Source of the DNA: Candidatus Poribacteria bacterium
GTDB lineage: Bacteria > Poribacteria > WGA-4E > WGA-3G
DNA length: 64,000 nt
Direction: 5' to 3'
Assembly (NCBI GenBank): GCA_965198235.1
Contig: OZ240248.1
Span: 928,001 to 992,000, forward strand
In this document: positions 1 to 9,842 of the stretch, piece after piece
How positions within the stretch are numbered: position 1 is the first letter of the stretch
Layout of the letters: every line of letters begins with the position of its first letter
The notes under the pieces: model-generated
What the model was told of the DNA's origin: nothing
The model's database searches: none
What the model saw: the letters and a program-made list of their open reading frames with translations, nothing else
Position numbers and translations under genes: made by a program

Positions 1-1
1 T

Positions 2-520
2 ATTAACAACATCGTCGGTGGCGCAATTCCGCGCAACTACATCCCGGCTGTCGAAAAAGGCATCCGCGAGAGAATGGACAGAGGCTTACTTGTTGGCTTT
101 CCAGTCGTCGATATCCAAATTGACCTCTATGATGGCAAGTACCATCCTGTCGATTCTTCGGACATGGCGTTTCAGATCGCTGGTTCTATCGCCTTCGCTG
201 CAGCCGCCGAACAAGCCAATCCATGTTTGCTTGAACCGGTCATGAGCGTCGCGATCACAGTGCCCGAACAGTTTATGGGAAGCATTATCGGCGACCTGAA
301 CGGACGGCGTGGACAGGTCATGGGTGTTGAACAAGCAGGGAAAAAGCAGGTTATTCAAGCAAACGTCCCACTTTCGGAGATGCTCCGATACTCCATCGAT
401 CTCAAGTCGATGACGAGTGCTCGCGGCAACTTCACGATGGAATTCTCGCATTACGAGATCACACCTGACGATGTCGCTCAGAAGGTAATCGCTGAATCAA
501 AACAAGAAGAGGAAGAGTAG
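2..520 (+). CDS. fusA: Elongation factor G, C-terminal part (5'-truncated by window edge)
   Basis: Frame open from base 2: IVGGAIPRNYIPAVEKG...GFPVVD...DGKYHPVDSSDMAF...LLEPVM...GDLNGRRG, typical of EF-G domains IV-V. No tuf follows, so possibly a second EF-G copy. Confidence 0.93.
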   Translation: MNNIVGGAIPRNYIPAVEKGIRERMDRGLLVGFPVVDIQIDLYDGKYHPVDSSDMAFQIAGSIAFAAAAEQANPCLLEPVMSVAITVPEQFMGSIIGDLNGRRGQVMGVEQAGKKQVIQANVPLSEMLRYSIDLKSMTSARGNFTMEFSHYEITPDDVAQKVIAESKQEEEE

Positions 521-571
521 CCTATCGGAAAACCCATTCTTAGCGAGGTTTCAGACCTCATATCTTCCATT

Positions 572-739
572 TATGGTGAATTATACAATTAACTTGACAT
601 TTTTGAGTTGTAGGAGGGGGGAAATCCGCAGAAACCCCCAAGCAAAAACACTCCGATTCCCGACTCTCAACGTGTATAGTCGCGATTCGGAGATCGCTCC
701 TACAGAAAATGTGTCAACATATTTTGATAATTCACTATA
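572..739. mobile_element. MITE-like composite intergenic repeat with terminal inverted repeats and nested GTAG-REP modules
   Basis: TATGGTGAATTAT (572-584) and ATAATTCACTATA (727-739) are inverted repeats with 1 mismatch. Internal modules GTAGGAGGGGGGAAA...CAAAAACACTCCGATTCCCGA and GGAGATCGCTCCTAC recur elsewhere in the window. Confidence 0.6.
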
Positions 740-783
740 GTAGGCGCGGTTTGCTACCGCGCCTTCTTCTCTTTTCTTTTTTT
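740..783 (+). terminator. REP-like hairpin followed by T-rich tract; candidate intrinsic terminator downstream of fusA
   Basis: AGGCGCGGT-TTGCT-ACCGCGCCT followed by a pyrimidine/T run. Confidence 0.5.
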
Positions 784-834
784 GGGCTTTTCCCTGTTTG
801 TGGGTTATACTACTATTTGATTCTATTTTGAGAG

Positions 835-1281
835 GTGTATCATGAGTCAGCAGTTTTTCAATCCATGTATGTAGAAGGACAGATTGAACATATCATGAGC
901 AGCATCACGAGTCAGCGGCTGCTACGCTTAGCAGTATTATATTTGTGCCCACGGTGCAGTGAATTTCTTGCGGAAGAGTATCTTGCTACGGATCAGTCAA
1001 CAATTCAATTAATCAAGGCTCACCCTGAAATCAAGGCTTGCGCTACAATCCGGCAGCGCGCTACTGCAATCAAGGGCGGTGCTTCAGTTGTGTTTGCTAA
1101 TCAGTTCAATGATTCAACTCAATTTGGTATTAGTGAGGATCTATTGTTTTTAAAGGTGCTTAAAGACAAGTTCGCTGCTATTTGTCCTCGGTGCTTGGAG
1201 CCTTTGTCTGATTCTATTAGTCTATTGGATGATGAATTGAACTCAATAACCTCGTCCATGAGGACACGGAGGTTTTCTCAC
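835..1281 (+). other. In-frame upstream ORF segment with two CPRC motifs (putative Zn-binding); fused or separate degenerate gene
   Basis: LCPRC and ICPRC in the open frame that continues into the 1282 gene. Confidence 0.35.
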
Positions 1282-1887
1282 ATGGCGTATAGCGATTGGA
1301 CCTTAGAAACAGTGCAGAAAGCGTTTGACTTAGAAGAAGTTAACGCGCCCGGCATCTTTTCTGACGTAGAACCAGTGGCTCCGAGTGCACATCTTACCAC
1401 AGCACTGGAGCGGAATGTGCCATTAGCCTTTGCTATGGGCACTGAGAAGGCAAAATCAGAACTGATTGTCTCCACAGTTCTGGTTGAGCTCTGGGAGCAC
1501 TTCGACCGCGGTATCAGTTTTTTTTCGGGGATTGACTTTAATGTTGATTCTGAAAGCGGCTTGACCGGTGTTTGTGATTTTTTGGTAAGCCTGTCGCCAG
1601 CCCAATTTCATTTGGAAGCACCAGTCATCATCCTTGTTGAAGCAAAAAGGGATAATTTGACGATCGGGCTCGGACAGTGCGTTGCAGAGATGGTTGCCGC
1701 CCAACGTTTTAATGCCGAAAGGGGGAACGACATCCCTTCCGTCTATGGTGCCACCACGTCAGGCATAGATTGGGTATTTCTTAAGTTGGAGGGAAAGAAA
1801 CTTCAACTTGACATGACAGCCTATCAAATCGCACAGTGTGACAAAATCCTCGGTATTCTCACCAGCATGGCAGCACAAAAGGCGTGA
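1282..1887 (+). CDS. PD-(D/E)XK restriction-endonuclease-fold hypothetical protein (probable start MAYSDW)
   Basis: GGAGG at 1268-1272 before ATG 1282. Motifs EKAKSELIV, G-x-CDF, LVEAK, GLGQCVAEM, YGATTSG are typical of this family. Confidence 0.7.
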   Translation: MAYSDWTLETVQKAFDLEEVNAPGIFSDVEPVAPSAHLTTALERNVPLAFAMGTEKAKSELIVSTVLVELWEHFDRGISFFSGIDFNVDSESGLTGVCDFLVSLSPAQFHLEAPVIILVEAKRDNLTIGLGQCVAEMVAAQRFNAERGNDIPSVYGATTSGIDWVFLKLEGKKLQLDMTAYQIAQCDKILGILTSMAAQKA

Positions 1888-1930
1888 AGAGAACAGGCAG
1901 ATGTCGTTATCTGCCCGTTCTCAAAATCCG

Positions 1931-3349
1931 CTAACCATCCAAATGGAAGACCGCCATCTTCAATTCGGTCATCTCTTCTATGGCGTATTTCGGACCCTCT
2001 TTGCCCATACCGCTCTCTTTGACCCCGCCATACGGCATTAGATCCGCACGCCACTGTGTACCCCAGTTCACCATCAGGTTGCCAGATTCGACTTCACGGA
2101 CAAACTTCATTGCCCAATCGACGTTCTGTGTGAAGATCGCGGCACTCAGCCCATAGTTCGTATCGTTAGCGAGTGCTATAGCCTCGTCGATGTCGTTGAC
2201 GCGCGTCACACCGACTGCCGGTCCGAAGACCTCGTCACAGGAGATTTTCATCTCCGGTTTGACGTTGGCAAGGATAGCAGGCGTAACAAATTGATCCTGC
2301 TTATCTCCACCCGTGAGGAGCTCTGCTCCATCCGCGACAGCCTCTTGAATCCATTCGGCAACACGAGTTGCATCCCCTTCTCGAATCATCGGTCCCATCC
2401 GTGTTCCTTCTGCAAGCGGGTTGCCGGTGTTAATTTGAGCGACTTCCGCTTGGAAAGCATCTAAGAAATCACCGTAGATTTTCTCATGGGCGATAACGCG
2501 CTGCGTTGAGATACAGACCTGTCCTGCATTAGAATAACCGGATGCCGTCGCTGCGCGTGCGACCTTTTCGGGATCCGCATCGGGCATGACGATGAGCGGT
2601 GAATTCGAGCCGAGTTCCATTGTGACACGCTTTAACCCTGCGACCTTACAGATATGCTCGCCAACATCACGGCTACCGGTAAAGGTAATTTTTCGGACGC
2701 GACTATCTGCGCAGAGGGTATCACCGATTTCGCCACCGGGTCCTGTCACACACTGAATCGCCTCAGGCGGTGTCCCCGCTTCCAAAAAGAGTTCCACCAG
2801 TTTTAGAGCAGAAAGCGGTGTATCCGTCGCAGGTTTGATGATAATAGCGTTTCCACCGGCGATAGCGGGACCGGCTTTGTGGCAGACAAGGTGCAGTGGG
2901 AAATTGAAGGGGCTAATGCCAGCAACAATACCACACGGCATGCGTACTGTAAAGCCGAGTTTGTCCTTAACACCGGGCGCACCTTCAAGGGGAATCGTCT
3001 CACCGGTCAATCGTTTCGCTTCCTCTCCAGAGAGGGCGATAATTTCGGAAGCGCGCGTCGCTTCGATTGTCGCCTCGGCGAGAATCTTCCCCTCTTCGCG
3101 GGTGATAACCTCGGCGAGTTCGCCTGCCCGTTCTACCATCAAATCCGCAACTTTACGCAGGATCTCGTAGCGTTCATAGCCCGTCATCCCTGCCATAATT
3201 TTTGCACCGCGTTCTGCGGTTTGAATAGCGGTTTCAACGTCGGCTGTATCCCCTCTCGGAACGGTGTCAACAACCGAACCGTCGAAAGGACTCAGTACGT
3301 CAATTTTATCGGATTTATCAATCCATTCTCCGCCTACGTGCATTTGCAT
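1931..3349 (-). CDS. NAD(P)-dependent aldehyde dehydrogenase
   Basis: PFNFP, IIKPA, FTGS, MELGSN, GQVCIS, EVFGP, PYGGVKESGMGKEG. Start moved to MQMHVGG (3349). Confidence 0.93.
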   Translation of the reverse strand: MQMHVGGEWIDKSDKIDVLSPFDGSVVDTVPRGDTADVETAIQTAERGAKIMAGMTGYERYEILRKVADLMVERAGELAEVITREEGKILAEATIEATRASEIIALSGEEAKRLTGETIPLEGAPGVKDKLGFTVRMPCGIVAGISPFNFPLHLVCHKAGPAIAGGNAIIIKPATDTPLSALKLVELFLEAGTPPEAIQCVTGPGGEIGDTLCADSRVRKITFTGSRDVGEHICKVAGLKRVTMELGSNSPLIVMPDADPEKVARAATASGYSNAGQVCISTQRVIAHEKIYGDFLDAFQAEVAQINTGNPLAEGTRMGPMIREGDATRVAEWIQEAVADGAELLTGGDKQDQFVTPAILANVKPEMKISCDEVFGPAVGVTRVNDIDEAIALANDTNYGLSAAIFTQNVDWAMKFVREVESGNLMVNWGTQWRADLMPYGGVKESGMGKEGPKYAIEEMTELKMAVFHLDG

Positions 3350-3573
3350 AATGTATTTCTCCCCATTCTCGCTTTTAGGCATACGGTGTGTGGTCAGGCA
3401 CAAGACCTGGGAAACACCCAAGCAAAAACCCCCTACAGCACACGGATGCGCCTGTTATTTATTTTTTCGCTTTCAGCAAAGCTCACGTTGTTGCCAATTT
3501 ACCAGCTGCATCAACAGCGGCATAACCGGCTAACCCATTCTCCGTAACATCGTTGAATTCATTCTGTTTCTCC

Positions 3574-4578
3574 TTAGACTCGACAATTATCAAGCGCGTC
3601 CTCGTCCAATTCAACCCCTAATCCGGGTTTATCTGGAACAGTTGCGTATCCGTCAACAAGCGGAATCGTTGAAGGTGTAACGAGGTCAAAAGCGCGCAAA
3701 GCATTGAGTGTAATCGCTGGCATGGTTGCATTCGGCATCACTGCGGCAAGATGCATAACATAGCAGGTCGTAATACCGAGCCCGACAATTTGTAGCCAGA
3801 CCGGAAGATGGGCAGCGTCTGAAATAATCGCCTCTCGTTTGGCATTGGCAGCGCGTGAGTCCGGGTAAGCGATAATAAATGAGTCGTTCATATTTGCCCG
3901 TATTGCTTCAATTGGATCCGGGTTACCGAAGTGGATTGTTATCGGTATGTCAGTGTGTCGCTTGATCTCTTGATATCCGGCAATGTCGGCTTGTGGGATC
4001 GGCGTTTCAAATGACTCTATATTATAACCATGGAGCTGACGTGCGACTTCAAGGGTACGTTCTGGGGTTTCAAACGAATCGTTTGCGTCAACGCGGAGTC
4101 GATAATCATCCGGCACAACCCCTGCAATTGCCTCCACCTGCTCAAGCACTTCAAACCATGGGCGGGCTTTGATTTTGTGGAGTCGGTAGCCGAGCGCGTA
4201 AGCGTGTTGTGCTTCTGCCGCCCACTCCTCCGGTGTCATGTCAATCGACCAGTAGCCGAACGACGTTTTGTCGTGAACCTTTTCGCCTAAAAGTTGATGC
4301 ACCGGCACACCAAGTGCTTTCCCTATGATGTCGTAAAAAGCCTGCTGGAGAGGCGTGGGTGCCCAGCCATTCATAAATTCAAACGGATTTCTACTGATGT
4401 AGCGCTGAACGACATCGTCCGCCTGAAACGCGCCATCACCAATCCCAATGAGTCCTACATCGGTGTGCACCTTGTAGACGTAATCAATCTGGTAAAGATT
4501 ACGACGCGTCATGAGTTCATAAATGCCTTCATGATACGGCACTTTCACTTCGATAACGTCAATCTGGGTAATCTTCAT
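3574..4578 (-). CDS. Mandelate racemase/muconate lactonizing enzyme (enolase superfamily)
   Basis: HKIK, RVDAN, FETP, PDKPGLGVELD. Confidence 0.88.
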   Translation of the reverse strand: MKITQIDVIEVKVPYHEGIYELMTRRNLYQIDYVYKVHTDVGLIGIGDGAFQADDVVQRYISRNPFEFMNGWAPTPLQQAFYDIIGKALGVPVHQLLGEKVHDKTSFGYWSIDMTPEEWAAEAQHAYALGYRLHKIKARPWFEVLEQVEAIAGVVPDDYRLRVDANDSFETPERTLEVARQLHGYNIESFETPIPQADIAGYQEIKRHTDIPITIHFGNPDPIEAIRANMNDSFIIAYPDSRAANAKREAIISDAAHLPVWLQIVGLGITTCYVMHLAAVMPNATMPAITLNALRAFDLVTPSTIPLVDGYATVPDKPGLGVELDEDALDNCRV

Positions 4579-4637
4579 ATTTTTACTGATGGCCTCCCGG
4601 GCTGCTCTCCACTTCGTTACGAGCAGGTTTCTGATTA
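4579..4637 (-). repeat. Dispersed hairpin element (6-bp stem, GWAAYGWARYGGA loop) ending at a start codon
   Basis: Full copies also at 43556-43646(-), 47561-47617(-), 48781-48866(-), 51083-51140(+) and 61405-61465(+). Longer variant at 4690-4793(+), 19925-20025(-) and 63420-63520(+). Confidence 0.8.
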
Positions 4638-4813
4638 AGTCTCAACTATGTTTAGGAATTTTGACATTTCTTTATATCTTAGAAACATTAAACCAAAACC
4701 TTAGCCCGTAAGCGTAGCGGAGGGCGGATATATGGCAGGGTTTTTCAACCTCTCAGCCGCCCTGACCAAACCGCAAGGAAAAATTAGAAAATAAGCACGA
4801 GCGTCATCGTGAA

Positions 4814-5266
4814 TTATTCATCACGGCGGATCCAACTGACGACATCTTCTGCCTCACCTGTACCACCTTCAACACCATCGCTCCCGAAAGAAATGAGATC
4901 GTACCCGTAACGGTCATGGTTACCGGGGCGAACATAGATATATGGATTCCCCCACGGATCTTCCGTGATTGGGATTTGAATATAGGGCTCTACCCAGTTT
5001 ATAGGTCTTGGTGGTGCTTCAGGCATTTCCCAAAGTGCCTTCAATCCCTGTTCAGTCGAAGGATAATCACCGTTATCTTTGGCGTACCTATCAAGAGCGA
5101 TACCAAGCGTTTCAATATCCTCAGCGGCTTGTGCTTGCAAAGCGCGCCCAGCCTGCCCGAGCAACCGAGGTGCCAAAAGGACAGCCGCGATAATTCCGAG
5201 AACGATGACGACAACTAAGATTTGTATTGATGTTAATCCTGCTTGTTTAGAATCGATTGATTTCAC
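4814..5266 (-). CDS. gspG: Type II secretion major pseudopilin GspG-like protein
   Basis: Prepilin-like N-terminus QAG|LTSIQILVVV; YPSTEQGL, DPWGNPYIY, SFGSDGVEGG. GTG start at 5266 with GGAGG upstream. Confidence 0.82.
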   Translation of the reverse strand: MKSIDSKQAGLTSIQILVVVIVLGIIAAVLLAPRLLGQAGRALQAQAAEDIETLGIALDRYAKDNGDYPSTEQGLKALWEMPEAPPRPINWVEPYIQIPITEDPWGNPYIYVRPGNHDRYGYDLISFGSDGVEGGTGEAEDVVSWIRRDE

Positions 5267-5384
5267 GTATTTTCCTCCGCTCACCTGACATAGCAAAGAT
5301 GAAATAGTTATCAGTGACCAGTAATAAGATGCTCGACGAAGTCAACGGCTTTTATAGCTACTGACGACTGATAACCGCTTTTTA

Positions 5385-5413
5385 AGTGTATCACATCCCG
5401 CGAATTGTGTCAA
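5385..5413 (-). promoter_or_regulatory. Sigma70-type promoter for gspG-like gene
   Basis: Minus strand TTGACA-N17-TACACT. Confidence 0.55.
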
Positions 5414-5432
5414 CTTTTTCAGCAAAATTCTC

Positions 5433-5461
5433 TTGACAGACTTTATCGTGCGCCCTATAAT
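5433..5461 (+). promoter_or_regulatory. Consensus sigma70 promoter
   Basis: Exact TTGACA-N17-TATAAT, back-to-back with the minus-strand promoter. Confidence 0.75.
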
Positions 5462-5558
5462 ACCCTATTAGATTTACGTGAGGACCGAATCAAGGCACGG
5501 TTAGAAACACACTCAATAGCGTAAATCCCAAATCTATGAGATAGTGGAGGAACCGGGG

Positions 5559-6767
5559 ATGTCGAAAACGGTTTGTATTGTCGGAACAATGGACACGAAA
5601 GGCTTGGAATTCTCGTTTATCAAAACGCAAATAGAATCAACTGGGGTCTCAACATGTGTTATCAATACGGGTATATTAGGTGAACCGCAATTAACGCCGG
5701 ACGTTTCTGCGGATGAAGTCGCACAAGCGGGAGGCTCATCCCTTCAGGCTTTGAGAGATGAAAGCGACCGAGGTAACAGTGTCGCTGTGATGGCACAAGG
5801 TGCCGCCGCACTCGTTGCTGAAAAACAGGCGACAGGCGAAATTGATGGGATAATTTCACTCGGTGGCTCCGCGGGAACTACCATCGGCACGACGGCGATG
5901 CAGGCAGTCCCAGTGGGCGTTCCGAAAATTATGGTATCAACTTTAGCATCGGGGGACACGAGTCCGTATGTCCAATCCAAAGATATATGTATGATGTACT
6001 CTGTTGTGGATATCGCTGGCATCAACCGGTTGTCACGGCAGATTCTTGCCAACGCCGCTGGGGCAATCGTCGGGATGGTGAATGCGGAAGTACCCGCAGC
6101 GACAGCAGACAAACCTTTAATCGCAGCGACGATGTTCGGTGTGACAACCCCATGTGTCACAAAGGCGCGGGAAATTCTCGAAAACGCTGGCTATGAAGTC
6201 CTTGTCTTTCACGCAACCGGCACCGGTGGGCAAGCGATGGAAGATCTTGTCAAAGGGGGTTTCCTCGCTGGGGTGTTAGACGTGACAACAACTGAGCTTG
6301 CTGACGAATTGGTAGGTGGAGTCCTCAGTGCCGGTCCCGATCGGTTGGAAGCCGCGGGAGAATCTGGACTGCCGCAAGTTGTTGCTCCAGGTGCATTGGA
6401 TATGGTAAATTTCGGTCCCCCTGACACAGTTCCAGAGAATTTCAGCGACCGGTTGTTCTATCAGCACAATCCGACAGTGACATTAATGCGGACAACCGCT
6501 GAAGAAACCGCTGAACTCGGACGCATTATGGCGCGTAAACTCAGCGAAGCGAAGGGACCTACAACGGTCATTATTCCGACCCAAGGTGTATCGGCGATTG
6601 ATAAAACAGGACAACCCTTCGATTCTCCCGAAGCACGCACTGCCTGGATCGAGAATCTGAAGGCGCACATCGGCGGTAATGTCACAGTTATCGAAATGGA
6701 CGCTCACATCAATGACGACGAGTTTGCAACAAAACTCGTAGAAACACTGTTGGAGAGTATACAATAA
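5559..6767 (+). CDS. Tm-1-like ATP-binding / UPF0261 family protein
   Basis: GTMDTKG, GGSAGT, VPKIMVST, TMFGVTTPCV, VFHATGTGG, HNPTVTLMRT. Confidence 0.9.
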   Translation: MSKTVCIVGTMDTKGLEFSFIKTQIESTGVSTCVINTGILGEPQLTPDVSADEVAQAGGSSLQALRDESDRGNSVAVMAQGAAALVAEKQATGEIDGIISLGGSAGTTIGTTAMQAVPVGVPKIMVSTLASGDTSPYVQSKDICMMYSVVDIAGINRLSRQILANAAGAIVGMVNAEVPAATADKPLIAATMFGVTTPCVTKAREILENAGYEVLVFHATGTGGQAMEDLVKGGFLAGVLDVTTTELADELVGGVLSAGPDRLEAAGESGLPQVVAPGALDMVNFGPPDTVPENFSDRLFYQHNPTVTLMRTTAEETAELGRIMARKLSEAKGPTTVIIPTQGVSAIDKTGQPFDSPEARTAWIENLKAHIGGNVTVIEMDAHINDDEFATKLVETLLESIQ

Positions 6768-6778
6768 AGAGGAAATAC

Positions 6779-7681
6779 ATGGCGAAAACTTACAGAACAC
6801 TTACCCAAGCAGATATTAACCACTTCATTGAGAAGGGGCACGTTGTCCTGAAAGATTGCTTTCCGCGCGAATTGGCGGAAGAATGGCGAGCATTCGCTTT
6901 TAAACGGCTCGGTTACGCACCGGATGACCCAAGCACTTGGGAGCAACCCCGCGTTCATCTGCCTTCTATGAACAGGATCCTGATTGAGGATGTTGCACCG
7001 AGGGCATGGGATGCTATTTGTGATCTGCTCGGCGGCGAAGACAGGATTATCAATCCTTGGGGCGATGGAAAACCGGGATGGAGTGACGGTTTTATTATTA
7101 ACTTTGCATTAGGCACGGACACGCCATGGCAACCGCCTTCTCCGGAAGTCGGTGGATGGCATAAAGATGGCGATTTCTTCCGTCATTTCTTAGATAGCCC
7201 AGAGCAGGGTTTGCTTACAATCGTCGTCTGGTCGGATATCTATCCAAAAAGCGGCGGGACCTTTGTGGCGTGCGATTCGGTTCAACACGTCGCACAGCAG
7301 TTATATGAACATCCAGAAGGGGTGTTGCCTGGCGGATTTGGTAAACTCATTGACAAATGTGAAGATTTTGTGGAAATCACGGGAAACGCAGGCGATGTCG
7401 TGCTGCTGCACCCATTTATTTTGCATGCCGCTTCACAGAACCCATCGGGACGCGCTCGTTTCATCACGAATCCGCCAGTTTCTCTCAAGGAACCGATGAA
7501 TTTCAATCGTGAAAACCCAGACGATTTCTCACCGGTGGAGTTGGGGGTGCTGCACGGATTCGGGAAAACCCAATTGGACTTCCAACCGACGGCAGAGCGA
7601 GAACGTTTAGTTCCAGAACGCGTCAAGCGTCAGCAGAAGATGCTTGAGGAACAGAAAAAACGACTCGAGATGGGAGAATAG
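6779..7681 (+). CDS. Phytanoyl-CoA dioxygenase (PhyH)-like Fe/2OG enzyme
   Basis: WHKDG iron ligand motif, GGTF, AGDVVLLHPFILHA. Confidence 0.8.
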   Translation: MAKTYRTLTQADINHFIEKGHVVLKDCFPRELAEEWRAFAFKRLGYAPDDPSTWEQPRVHLPSMNRILIEDVAPRAWDAICDLLGGEDRIINPWGDGKPGWSDGFIINFALGTDTPWQPPSPEVGGWHKDGDFFRHFLDSPEQGLLTIVVWSDIYPKSGGTFVACDSVQHVAQQLYEHPEGVLPGGFGKLIDKCEDFVEITGNAGDVVLLHPFILHAASQNPSGRARFITNPPVSLKEPMNFNRENPDDFSPVELGVLHGFGKTQLDFQPTAERERLVPERVKRQQKMLEEQKKRLEMGE

Positions 7682-7841
7682 AGCGAGGTTGGAACCTCGT
7701 CCGAAACTAAATCGGTGCGGTTGGATGAAGATTAAAAATAAATGAGGTAATTGACGTGCTATTTATAGCACGTTCGGAAATTAACCGATTAAATTCTCAA
7801 ACTTCATGAAACCGCACCTACCGAGTTGGACGTGATGACAC

Positions 7842-9050
7842 TTACTCAAACTGATGCCGGCTCTGATAGCACGCCTTCCCTTTACCTCGAATTACATCCG
7901 CTTGCTGCCACGTATCAACAGCACCGCAAATAGCATCACGCTCACCAAGTCGTTGTTTTAGTTCAGATTTCGTGAACCATTCACAACCGTCATTGGCGAG
8001 TGCATCGATGTCTAAGTTTTCATCGGAAAAGCCGTAGACACGACAGATACCATCCTCCTCCTCAACATCCTCAATATAGGACATCCAAGAGACCTCTAAA
8101 CCGAGTTGTGCTTGGGTAAGCTCTTGCAGTGAACCGATCCGCGCGCCGACATCCCAACCGACGAGCTTTTCCTCTTCCCAACCTTCGCCTCCCGGCAATC
8201 CCCAATATTCCGTTTCGGCATCGCGGTGGAGCAAGTATTTCGATTCCTGACTTGATGAATCCTCAATAAGCAGACGCGTCGTTGTAATCGGCCTGTCAAA
8301 ACAGACTGGAATGAGACGCTTCCCATTGTCGCTCAATGCGTCCAATGCGGCGGGATTGTAAGGATAATATCCCGCAGCGGGGGGCGCGTCTACCGCACAA
8401 TACTTATTGAAAATCCCGCAGCGGTCTTCAGTTGCGGTGCCGGCGGGTGCTTCGTGCCAGACATGCTCGTTGACAACCAGCAAGTCCCCTGCTTTGACTT
8501 CTGGATCAATGAAAGGGGGCAACTGCTCGCGATCAGGGCAGGTGAGGTCTAAGATGTGTGCGTCCGGATCGATGACCTGCGTCAACTTATGTGATTTCGG
8601 CGACACGAGGAAGGGACCGTATGACGTATCGAAATCGGTCAGCGGGATGATGGCGAATACCCAGTTCATTGATGAACCGACAGGTCGCCAGCGTTTATAG
8701 TCACAATGTGCCCCGCCACCCTTATCGCCGGGTGTCCGCAAATACGCAACATAGGCAGTGAGATGCGCCGGTTGACCGAGGGCAGATTCCACGGCACCGA
8801 TAACCGTTGGATGTTCGGCAATCGCTGTGAGTCCGGGATCAGCAAGACGGTTGCCACTCACCGTATATTTCGATGGCTCAGGATATTTAAGCGTCGATGG
8901 ATAGGCACCGCGTTTTACCTGTTCTTGGACGACGCGCCGAAGTTCATCCGCCTCCTTCGCGGATAAAACGTTGCGCACAATAAGATAGCCGTCCTCATGG
9001 TAGTCAGCGATCTGCCGCTCGCTGAGCGTCGGGGTTATTGTCCTGCTCAT
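7842..9050 (-). CDS. PhyH-like dioxygenase fused to a C-terminal Nudix-like domain
   Basis: YHEDGYL, HCD, AGDLLV..VWH; C-terminal YLLHR...WGLPGG. Confidence 0.75.
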   Translation of the reverse strand: MSRTITPTLSERQIADYHEDGYLIVRNVLSAKEADELRRVVQEQVKRGAYPSTLKYPEPSKYTVSGNRLADPGLTAIAEHPTVIGAVESALGQPAHLTAYVAYLRTPGDKGGGAHCDYKRWRPVGSSMNWVFAIIPLTDFDTSYGPFLVSPKSHKLTQVIDPDAHILDLTCPDREQLPPFIDPEVKAGDLLVVNEHVWHEAPAGTATEDRCGIFNKYCAVDAPPAAGYYPYNPAALDALSDNGKRLIPVCFDRPITTTRLLIEDSSSQESKYLLHRDAETEYWGLPGGEGWEEEKLVGWDVGARIGSLQELTQAQLGLEVSWMSYIEDVEEEDGICRVYGFSDENLDIDALANDGCEWFTKSELKQRLGERDAICGAVDTWQQADVIRGKGKACYQSRHQFE

Positions 9051-9155
9051 AATACAACCTCCTTTACTTTTTACAGTAAGTTTTAAATCGCAAACTATTC
9101 CACTTTAGAATAGCAAGTTTTGGCTTGCAAGCTGCGCCACTTCTTATAGCAAGTT

Positions 9156-9707
9156 TTAAATCGCAAACTCCTCCAAAAGGGGATGCTCCAAAACGGATGC
9201 GACTTCCGTCCAAGCTTCTTTGCTATTCTCATGTGAAAGGTCTGGTATGAAGCCAAAGTCAAGATAAACTTTGATTGCTGCCATACGCCCGGTTGACGTA
9301 CCGAGAAAACAACGTTCGTGGGATTGTTTCAGACGCTCCATTGCTACAGTCATCATCGGTTTGGAAAGCCCGCGTCCTTGGTAGTCGGGATGAATCACTA
9401 CCCAGTGGATCTGTCCCCACACTTCTCCATCTATATTTTGCCACCACGCCGTAATTGTGCCGATTTCCTCGCCTGTGTCCGTCGTTAGGTAAAAACTTCT
9501 ATCCTCCATCACTGAGAGATGGCGTTTAAACTCGCGATCAAAAAGTCCGTCGTCAATGTCAGCGTACGGCTCCCCTGCTTTCAGAATCCGCGTCCAGATA
9601 TGCCCTTCATTCCGACGATAATTCCGGATTGCGAATCCTTCTGGAATCGGGAATTGTGGGATATTTTCCATGTTCTCACGAATCATTCTGACACTATAAT
9701 TTTTCAT
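9156..9707 (-). CDS. GNAT family N-acetyltransferase
   Basis: IHWVVIHPDYQGRGLSK and AIKVYLDFGF acetyl-CoA binding motifs. Confidence 0.88.
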   Translation of the reverse strand: MKNYSVRMIRENMENIPQFPIPEGFAIRNYRRNEGHIWTRILKAGEPYADIDDGLFDREFKRHLSVMEDRSFYLTTDTGEEIGTITAWWQNIDGEVWGQIHWVVIHPDYQGRGLSKPMMTVAMERLKQSHERCFLGTSTGRMAAIKVYLDFGFIPDLSHENSKEAWTEVASVLEHPLLEEFAI

Positions 9708-9842
9708 ATTCGGTGTGCGAGTGCGGAAGATAAGTTCTGAAAGACTGTTTCATTGCGCATAATATAGCATACGCCGTAGAAAAACAGCAATGATAAAATG
9801 TAATTGCTTTTCTGGCAGGTCGTGTGATATTATCTATCTATC

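Noticed and set aside
2879-3547. 222-aa plus-strand ORF
   Set aside because: Antisense to the well-supported aldehyde dehydrogenase.
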